This document shows positions 1-9,200 of a stretch of DNA of 64,000 bases, in pieces (within the stretch, counting starts at the first letter, position 1; the number at the start of each line of letters is the position of its first letter). Origin of the DNA: Enoplolaimus lenunculus (taxonomy: Eukaryota); contig JASANG010002092.1 in the NCBI GenBank assembly GCA_030248215.1, positions 310,001 to 374,000 of the forward strand. Direction: 5' to 3'. A program made the position numbers and the translations under genes. Under the pieces are notes generated by a model. It saw nothing but the letters and a program-made list of their open reading frames with translations. It did not search any database and was not told where the DNA came from.

Positions 1-227
1 AAGCACCAATTGTCAGGCACAGAACTATTTGGACTAAAATATGGAATTATTTTTTAGCTCTAAAACAATAGGTTAAAACTACAACTCTTGTGCGCACAAC
101 TTTTAAAAATAACCACTATCAACTTTCAGATGCAAAGCAATAGCTCGATCTGCTAACAAACCTCGTTCTATTTTAATTAAGCAATGTCCGCTCCGCAGCG
201 CTCAGGCGTAATTGCCTTACTTATAAA
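1..227 (+). repeat. 3' end of a dispersed repeat (Helitron/Helentron-like non-autonomous element), apparently inserted in the left arm of the piggyBac
   Basis: Near-identical to 3897-4123. Ends in the imperfect hairpin TAAGCAATGTCCGCTCCGCAGCGCTCAGGCGTAATTGCCTTA. The family assignment is inference. Confidence 0.75.
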
Positions 228-2863
228 TGTCCCTAGGACACGCGTTAAAAGAGCTACAGTAAACGAATAGCTAGTCATACTCTGTTGATTTATTGATATA
301 TACGTTTTTTAGACTGTTTATAGTATTATTAACAGCTTTACAGTGTTTTATTGATCATTGTTTTTGTTTGGCGTTCATTGCAAATACGTTATGGATAGCC
401 ATAAAAGGTAAGTAGAATGAATTGTATTGCTATTTACGTTGTATTTCTTAGCCAACGAAGATTTTATCACCATATTACCTTGTGATTATAGCAGTATATA
501 TAATACGAAAATCAGCTTCATGTCTCGATCTATACTTGTACAAGAGGTACTAGTAGTTGCTGTCTATTTTACTAGACCCTAGGAACAAGGGGTCTCAATT
601 TTTGCAAAAATCAGAAGTATCTGCTAGACAGTAAATAACGTTTGTGAGCAAACCGTTGTATAAATATAAATTCGTTTGAATCTTGTGCACTTCTAGGACA
701 GCTAAAGCTTAGGCCCATGCTTATGGTTAAGACTTTAGGCTAACGCTTCGTTTCATGTGTTTATTGTAATTTTGCTCCTCAGATATTCCGTGCAAGAAGT
801 CTTAGACATGGTTACTGCTGACGACGAAGATGTGGAAGCGATATACGTAGTGCCACCAAACCGTACATACGATACAGATGAAGATTCGGGCGATGAAGAC
901 GGCGGATTGCTTGACAACCTAAATGGGCGTCGGCTACAGGCGGAAGCTGAAGTCGTACTGCGATCTGGAACACGGTTGGGTGGAGAAACTGAAGATTCGA
1001 ATGGCGATAAATCTGAAGAAGAACACACATCAAACAAGGTGCCAGCGGCAAAAAAGAAAAAGGTCAGTAAATGGGCCGATGGTGACATTGATGAGATACA
1101 TTTTACTCCAGTCTCTGCGGATAAATCGTCGTATATAGGCAAATCGCCAACGGAACTTTTTGAATTGTTCTGGGACGATAGATTGTTTGAATATCTTAGC
1201 GAACAGTGCAGCAGTTACGCACGATACAAAAATTGTGCTGATCCAGAAATTACTGTGGAAGAGTTGAAGTGTTTTATGGCAATTTTGATTGTTAGTGGCT
1301 ACGCAAAACTGCCGGGCAAGCGATTTTTTTTGGGATAGTGGATCTGATATGAGAAATACGGCGGTTTATGAATCAATGAGGCGCAATCGCTTTGAACAAA
1401 TAATGTCGTTTCTTCATGTTGCTGATAACAATCAACCGTTAACCGGGGACAAATATTGGAAGTTGCGCCCCTTGATTGAAAATCTACAGGAAAAGTTTGC
1501 TCGAAATTTCTTGCCAAAGCTTCATATAGACCATGATGAAACTATGATAGAATATTTTGGCCGCCATGGCTGTAAACAATTTTTACGCGGTAAACCGATT
1601 AGATTCGGATATAAAGGGTGGTGCCTCAATACTCCAGATGGTTACCTTCTCGCGTTCGAATTCTACCAAGGAAAAACCTTCAAAAGAAACTCTGACTACG
1701 AAGCAAGGTTTGGAAAAGCGGGGGCGGCCATGATGCAACTAGTTGACAGTCTTCCCAATGAAATTCAAAATCTTCAGTTGTATTTCTACCACGACAACCT
1801 GTTTACAGGAATGAATCTTATTGAAGAATTGGGAAACAGAGGATATGGTTCAACCGGAACAATAAGAGACAACAGAATACCACGTGAAGTAGGCATACAG
1901 GATATGAGAACGGTCAAGAAGCAGGATCGCGGGTATTATGTCCAACGAAAATGCTGCGACGAAAGGGGAATAGTTATTGTGCGCTGGATGGACAATGCTG
2001 TTGTTACAGCTGCTTCAAACTGTCACAGCGTTGATCCTTGCACAAACGTGAGCAGGTGGTCGCAGAAGGAAAAACGCACTATTCAAATTCCGCGTCCTAA
2101 CTTGATCAGTTGCTATAACGCATATATGGGTGGGACAGATCGAATGGACCAGAATGTTTCGTTATATAGAATTGGAGTCCGAGGGAAAAAATGGTGGTGG
2201 CCATTGTTTACATGGCTAATTGACGTGTCTATTACAAATGCATGGTGCATATATCGAGAATGTGCCACCTCCAATATCGAAAGCGTGTTGCCGCAGCTGA
2301 ATTTTCGACGTCATATAGCCCAAGTGTATTTGGCAAGATATAGGACAGCGCCAAAAAGCGCAGGACGACCGGCTATTGCTCATTCAAGTACTTCGGATAC
2401 ACGGGTACATGACGATGTTCGTTTTGACAACACAGGGCACTATTTGATTTATACAGAAGGCAAAAAACAAAGACGTTGTGCGGGAAAAAACTGTACGACA
2501 AAGTGTATTACCCAATGCGATAAATGCCAGGTTGGCTTGTGTATTGGATGTAATAGAACGTATCATCAAAAAATTGAGATGAGGTGACTAATATGTAATA
2601 TAGTTGTTGTAATAATTTTGTATTTGAGTGCTCTTGGCTCCTGCATTTATCTTTTCATTGTTTTCATGTAAAAATTTTAATTTTGACAGTTTGAAGGTTG
2701 TGATATGTCCTAGTGTCCATTATAGTGGACAGCGCGTATTTGAGTAGCAAACCAATTATTTGTTAAGAACATTATACAGATATGTTTACCAAGTTATAAT
2801 TTTCGTAAAATGACTAGAATATATTGGATTTTTCGAAAAAATTAAAATTCAGGATAATATGGG
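228..2863 (+). mobile_element. piggyBac DNA transposon (left terminus not in window)
   Basis: Right end ...AGGATAATATGGG|TTAA (GGG 2861-2863, TTAA 2864-2867). Subterminal palindromes TGTCCCTAGGACA (228-240) and TGTCCATTATAGTGGACA (2714-2731). Contains a piggyBac transposase. Confidence 0.85.
391..2587 (+). CDS. piggyBac (PGBD-type) DDD transposase: exon 391-407, intron 408-782, exon 783-2587 with a +1 frameshift in the T8 run at 1324-1331
   Basis: Motifs IDHDETM, KPIRFGYK, YHDNLFT, GTIRDNR, YNAYMGGTDRMDQ, KKWWWPLF and a C-terminal Cys-rich domain (RRC..C...CDKC..LC..C...H). ATG GAT AGC CAT AAA AG|GTAAGT splices in frame to CTCCTCAG|ATATTCC, giving MDSHKRYSVQEV. ORFs 757-1338 and 1289-2587 join if one T is removed. 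Confidence 0.9.
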
Positions 2864-2994
2864 TTAATAGTGTCGCGTCAGATCTCTTCTGCGCACGTAT
2901 CTGCACGAGAAGCGTGCCGGGAGGTGAGGCAGGTGGCCGGGGCTCCCCACAATCGGAACCAGTTAGTCTGTCATAATTTAGATATTTAGACTAA
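2864..2994. repeat. partial unit of the 182-bp tandem repeat; target of both the piggyBac (TTAA) and the large TIR element (TAA)
   Basis: Near-identical to 21617-21748 (TTAATAGTGT...GGCTCCCCACAATCGGAACCAGTTAGTCTGTCATAATTTAGATATTTAGACTAA). Confidence 0.9.
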
Positions 2995-3639
2995 TGCATC
3001 ATCCAGGTAATAACGCGCACGCGATGTGAAAATTTGTCCGCTCAATATTCATAGGGTGCCAAAATTTTGAAGCTATATTGACGACTGAATAATATTTTTT
3101 GTCCCTATTTAGCTAGCATGACGAATTTTTATGATATTATTAAGAAGACTGCCAAAAATGGCAGACTGTTAAAATAGGGTTTTATTTTTTGATGTCCTTT
3201 TAAGAACCTAACAAATTTTTTCGTTTTAAAATTATTTTTCACATTTTCAGGTGGACCGAAATTATTTTACTGTAATTTTCAGCTCAAAAGTATCCACGCG
3301 GAGAACAGGTGAGTAAAAGATTTTTAGTTTATACTTTAAAGTATGTGTTTGGCAGAGCCGTATTTCTAAATGCAGAGCGAGTTCGACATTCTTGAGCACC
3401 CGATATGGGTTTTTAGCAAGGCGTTTGTCAAAAAGTAGATATTTACTTTGCTAGTGTACATTTGACGAGTAGCCGTTTAGAAAAGGGTAAATACGAAAGG
3501 TGTACGTTCAGCACCATGTGCTCGGGGCTGTTCTTAAGTAACCGACACACATCTGAGTTTCATACACTGTACCGTGCACATATACTGACAGCCAGAGCAC
3601 ACTAACCGGCACATTCTTGTCAGATAAGCCCCTATTCTC

Positions 3640-4123
3640 AAATGTGTGGCATGTCGGTTTTGTATTTCGGTTCTGTATTTCATCCGGTTGTGTGTTTCGG
3701 GTCTGTTCCTTTCTGTGTGATCCGGGTAGCTATCTATTGTATTCGTAACCGCGTCAACTGTATTTTGGGGTCTAACGGCTAATGGATCCGTACTTCAACT
3801 AAGATCGATCGCTCCGCAGGAAACGCACGGTTTTGGAAATTTTATATAAAAGTAAAATAGCAAATACGGAATGACAAATAAGACTATAAAATTTAAAGCA
3901 CCAATTGTCAGGCACAGAACTATTTGGACTAAAATATGGAATTATTTTTAGCTCTAAAACAATAGGTTAAAACTACAACTCTTGTGCGCACAACTTTTAA
4001 AAATAACCACTATCAACTTTCAGATGCAAAGCAATAGCTCGATCTGCTAATAAACCTCGTTCTATTTTAATTAAGCAATGTCCGCTCCGCAGCGCTCAGG
4101 CGTAATTGCCTTATACTTATAAA
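3640..4123 (+). repeat. second copy of the dispersed Helitron/Helentron-like repeat (left boundary approximate)
   Basis: 3897-4123 matches 1-227. Upstream TGT/CGG-rich microsatellite-like tract (3650-3725) and the same terminal hairpin. Confidence 0.65.
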
Positions 4124-4359
4124 GGTCCCAATTCCACCTAAGCCTATGACTGCTGCGTACAGCTTGCCGTAAAGAATTACCAACACGACTGCTCACACGA
4201 GCCAGTCGATTTCACTATTAATGCAATACTCACCAAATACCGGGGAAAACAATTGGCTCCAAAGGAGACACACGCAGGGGAAACTAAACTAACAGTCAAA
4301 ATTCCGGGAATAAGTCACACTTTGGATCACAACACATCTCCGCAAAATATATCCAAAAC

Positions 4360-4820
4360 TGTAGATAAAAACGCAACTGATAATTTCAACCAACTGAGGA
4401 ATTCTTAACTAAGAATTTTTTTTTGGTTATTTTTTAGTAAATTTAATATTAATTTTTGTAGAATTTTTTTAAGAATATTGTTTTAGAACTATTTTTACAC
4501 GCACGACGCCGATATAATCAAAAATACACAAAAATAACACAAAAAACAATAACTAAAAACACCCTAAAAACCACGTCTTAACCCTAGCTAGGTAATTGTT
4601 TTTAGGTTTTGAAAATAGATTTTTATATATTTTTAGTAAAATATCCGGCACGACTTAAGAGTCGCACTCGGATATTGGCCAGCGGGGTCACAGCTCAGAA
4701 ATAAGAAAAAGAGTGCTAAATAGGAGCCCAGGGCGCTCCAGAAAAAGGGAAAGCTGAGGGAGGGTGATTTAGAAAATTAAAAGTAAAAACCCAAAATTCA
4801 AAGGTGAGACACCACCTACA
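4360..4820 (-). mobile_element. LTR copy A (solo or 5' LTR) of the gypsy-like family; left boundary uncertain (4360, or as far as ~4126)
   Basis: 4662-4820 matches 5412-5570 with about 5 mismatches in 159 bp. Begins TGTAGGTGG on the minus strand at 4820 with no adjacent PPT. TGTAG at 4360 would complete a TGTAG...CTACA terminus. Confidence 0.6.
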
Positions 4821-5104
4821 TCGCAGTGCACTGTCTGTGGCTTGTTATGTCGAAAACATGACTATATTGGTGGCAGTGATGCATACATAGGAGAATGAAC
4901 AGAGGCCGTTTGACTTTAAAAGCTACGTACGTACATTTTGTTTTGCGGGTAATCTTTTTGTCCATTTTAGACCCACGATCTGCCACAGTACTTAATAATG
5001 GTCGAGACGAAATAGCGATAATGATTTTTCTCATTCTCAGTGAGTTTCTTTTCAGCTAATTATGTTACACATTATCAATGCTGCTTAGTTTTTGGACTGA
5101 GAAT

Positions 5105-5570
5105 TGTAAAAATAATTATAAAAAAAAAATTAAAACAAAAAATACATTATATCTTCCCTCCAAAATTTCAACAAAAAAAAATAAAAAAAAAAAAAAAAAA
5201 AAAATATATAAAAAACCAATAACAATCAAAAAAAAACAAAAACAACAAAAAAAAACAAAACAAAACAAAAAACAAAAACAAAAAAACACCCACCCCAAAC
5301 TATAACACACCACCCAAAAAAAAAAAAAAAAAATAAAAAAAAAAAAAAAAACCAAAACCACCCACCCAACACCCCACCCATAAAAAAAATTTATATATAA
5401 AAAAAAAAACATCGCACTCGGATATTGGCCAGCGGAGTCACAGCTCAGAAATAGGAAAAAGAGTGCTAAATAGGAGCCCAGGGCGCTCCAGAACAAGGAA
5501 AAGCTGAGGGAGGGTGATTTAGAAAATAAAAAGTAAAAACCCAAAATTCAAAGGTGAGACACCACCTACA
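5105..5570 (-). mobile_element. 3' LTR (copy B) of the gypsy-like retrotransposon; left part garbled
   Basis: Minus strand reads PPT GAAGGGGGAT (5571-5580) followed immediately by TGTAGGTGGTGTCTC. 5116-5410 is G-depleted A/C low-complexity sequence. Confidence 0.7.
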
Positions 5571-5943
5571 ATCCCCCTTCGACGCAAAACGCCGACCCCT
5601 GGCGTTTACCCACAAAAAATTGGACCAAAAATAATTTTACCCTACTGACCCCGCTTACATAAAAATTTAAAAAGAGGGGTTAAAAATAAGAAAAATATTT
5701 TAAATTTTGTTTGAAATATTTTTAAAATGCTTAAAAATAGAAACAAAAACATAAAAAATATAAAAACACAACAGTTATACGTAATATTTCACCATATATA
5801 TAAAATACACCGTATATTTAACAAGTATGGAATGACAAGTAATTTTTGGAAGGCAATTATTTGACAAGTAACTATGACCATTATAAAATAAATGGAATTA
5901 AAGTGACAATGTCACAACATATAATACATATTTATACATTTTT

Positions 5944-6195
5944 AAAACAGTTTTTTATAAAACAGTTTTTATACATACAGTTTATGCTATAAATCACAGT
6001 TCAAGACACATTATGCAAGTTTTTATAAAACAGTTTTTATACAGGTTATTTTATAAAACTCATTTCAAAACACAGTATTCAAGTTTTGTATAAAACAGTT
6101 TTATACAGGTTATGTTATAAAACTCAGTTCAATACATACTATGCAAGTTTTTACAAAACAGTTTTTATAACATACGAATTATTTTTATAAAACAC
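5944..6195. repeat. imperfect ~64-bp tandem repeat (about 3.5 units) in the retroelement 3' UTR
   Basis: Recurring AAAACAGTTTTTATACA...TATAAAACTCA...TATGCAAGTTTTT. Confidence 0.7.
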
Positions 6196-6272
6196 AATAA
6201 AAACATAATTATTGTCGCATCCGTGAAAAATAACTTCCGTCTTTGTGATTGTCTTTAACCTTTGTCCCGTCT

Positions 6273-9200
6273 TTAAAACTTGAATCGCCTTCTTTCTTGT
6301 GATCCTGACTGGTCCCAATTCTCCGGTGGTTGACTTTGAAACATCGGTCGCACGTTGATCGACATTAATGACGGCAATCGTGGCCTTTCTTGTCCTTGAC
6401 CCAACGAATCGACTCGCGGCGTACTTTGGTGACGACGCGGGCTTCTCCGTAATTGCGGTTCCACAGGCGTTTGTTGTTGTTGTTGTTGTTGTTCTACCTG
6501 CTCTTGTGAAAGCCGGCTTACCACCGGAATATAATTATGACTACATTCATCATATACAATCCTAGGTTCATCCTGGGACTGGCGAACCTCTTGGTCGCTT
6601 GTCCCTCTTTCCACAATTTCACCTTCACTTAATTCCTGCTGTTCCTGCGATTGGGCATAACCTTCGACTTCTATAGTCGTTGGTTGCTTTTGGCTAACAT
6701 GTGGTATATTCTGACTTTCGGGTTGGGCCGGGGGTGGGGGAGGAGGATTTACCTGCTGGATTGTCACAGCAGAGACATTTTGTCTCCCCTGTGACGGAAC
6801 TGCTACTACCTTTTGGCGGGAACGGTTGCGTTGTTCAATTATTTCCTGTTGCAATTCCAGGTCCGAAGCTTGTATTATTCTCCGAACTTCCGCAACAGAG
6901 TTAGTTACACGCCTCATTTCGGTTTCTAGAAAACTTTCCGCATGTGGGTTAATTTCCTTTAATTTTTCTTCAAAATTTAGGCTATGGGGTGGGCCCTCAA
7001 TTATAGCATCCTGGAACTCCATAGGCCATGGATGCTCTTCCATTAGGCATGCGGTACTTTTAGCCAACAATTCCTTGTTTTCATTTGGAATTTGAGCTAA
7101 TGTTAATTTTTCCAATTCCGGTTGTTCATTGTCCAATTCATTGAAGAGTCTTGCACGTTTCTGTTTGTCGTGCACTTCGTTAATGGCCTGAATATTTTTC
7201 CTATCGAATGCGTTCCTGATTTTCCAATAGTTACTGTTAGAGTACCCCGCACACTCAACTAATATGAGCATTGCTTGGGCTCTAACATCCCTACATTTTG
7301 AATACCTTTGTTGAACAACGTATTGCGATAAAGGAAGGAAATATTCGGGGGGCGCATTTATGTAGTATCGACGTCGCCAAGACATGCGTTCGATGCAATA
7401 TTTTCTTAATTCACATGCAAACCATCGCATCAGATCCTCGTATTCCCTCGTCGACATATTCGGTTTAATCTTTGTTACTGAAACTGCTAAACCATATTCT
7501 GCATAATTCAAATAATTTAACAAATCCTTAAATTCAGCCTTTACATGGAGTCTAAATCTCCATGCTTCTAAAAATGCCTCTTTCCATTTATCTGCTAATT
7601 TTCGAAGCCTAGTTGCAGACATCAATGTCTGTGGCATAGGAACAATATCGTTGATAGCAAAATAATAGATTTGTAATCTATATTCATAACCTATAGGCGG
7701 TTGTTGTACTAAGTCTGCTGGTTCCATTAGTAATATATTTGGATAAGTTAAATTTAAACTGGAAGAGGTGGCTTCACCTTCTGGTTCTTGCTCTTGTACT
7801 CCGACGGCTGCAGCCGCTGAAGTACCCGCTATAGGGGACATTGACCTAGGGAGTGGTTCATTCATACTTTCTAAACGTGCCTGTTTAACAATTACCATTG
7901 GCGTTCGAGCCCTTTTTTGTTTACTTGGACCTTTAGCCACGTCTTTGCCTTTATCTGTTATCACTTTTTCCACTATTACGTCTGATTGTTGTCCTGCTTG
8001 ATCGTCGGCGTCTTCGTCGATTATCAATTCACCCATACTGTCGGCACCTAAATCCTGCCTAGCAGGCTCCTGAAATTCTGTTTGTGTTTCCGATTCCAAG
8101 ATATTCGGAACAGGGCCTAATTTTCTTTCTAATTGCAAAATTCTCTTTTCCAATTTTCGTTTATCATCCAATAAATTTAGTAATTCTGTATGATCTCTAA
8201 CAGAATTTTGCATTGCCTTTGTTAAAACTTTTTCAGTACTTACCTTTTCCTGTTCTAATTTGCAGATTCGAACTTCCTGAATTGCAAATTTTTTAATATA
8301 TTCCTGCCTCAATTTTTCATCGTTTTCCTTCATCCAATCAGTATGTATGGAAGCTGCCTGAAGGGTGGACTTTGCTTGTTCAATAGTATCATCCACCATA
8401 CTGACATATTCCTGATAATAATGAAGCTTTAACATTGCTTCCTTTGCCTCTCGGTCCAAATTATTCCTTTGTAATATTACTCCATTCAAGCTTTTAATAG
8501 CCGCCTGAAGTACAATATACCGTTGTTCAATTTGGTAATATGGGAATCCAACTTCTGGGACAAATTTTTTCATAGCGGCTTGTACTTCCGCCATTGCCTT
8601 TAATTCCTTCTTTTGTATTTCCTCGATCCTATTTTTAATTAAATCCGTAATTGTTACAGATCCACCTGGGGGCGTTAGTTCACGGGTGGTATCGATTCCT
8701 GGAGGATATGGAATAAAACTCATCCACGTCGCTCCCTCTGGTACTGTAAATCTACTAGTTGTTTTGGGTCTATAGGAGACACCGGGCGATGGTTGTATAA
8801 CTGATAATTTTTCTTGCTCACCTAAAATAGATGTATTAAATTTCTTACTTATCTGTAATGTTTCATATTCCGAAGGTACCTGTTGGAAAACGTCCTGTTC
8901 AAGTTCCGTGATTGTTGTGTCCCCCAGTCTTGCACTGGAAGAAATTGTTTCCACAGGGCTTGGATATGAACTTACTCCTGAAACTGGTTCTGAAGTACGA
9001 CTTATTGTAGTCGGTTCTTCAGAAAATTTCTCAACTTCCATTGACTGGACAGCTAACCTATTTGCTAAATCGCTGTTAACATCCGTAATTGACGTTTCTT
9101 GAGGTGATTCCGTAGTGTCCATTTGTTGAAACAACGGAACTGTATCTTGCCTTGCAAGCCTTATCTGTTCCTCTGAAAGAGTTGGCGCTTTTGCCACCTC

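Noticed and set aside
5040..5544. Lys-rich and Phe-rich ORFs over the A/C-only stretch 5116-5410
   Set aside because: The G-depleted low-complexity sequence replaces what should match LTR copy A. It is most likely a low-quality base-call or gap-fill artefact, not coding.
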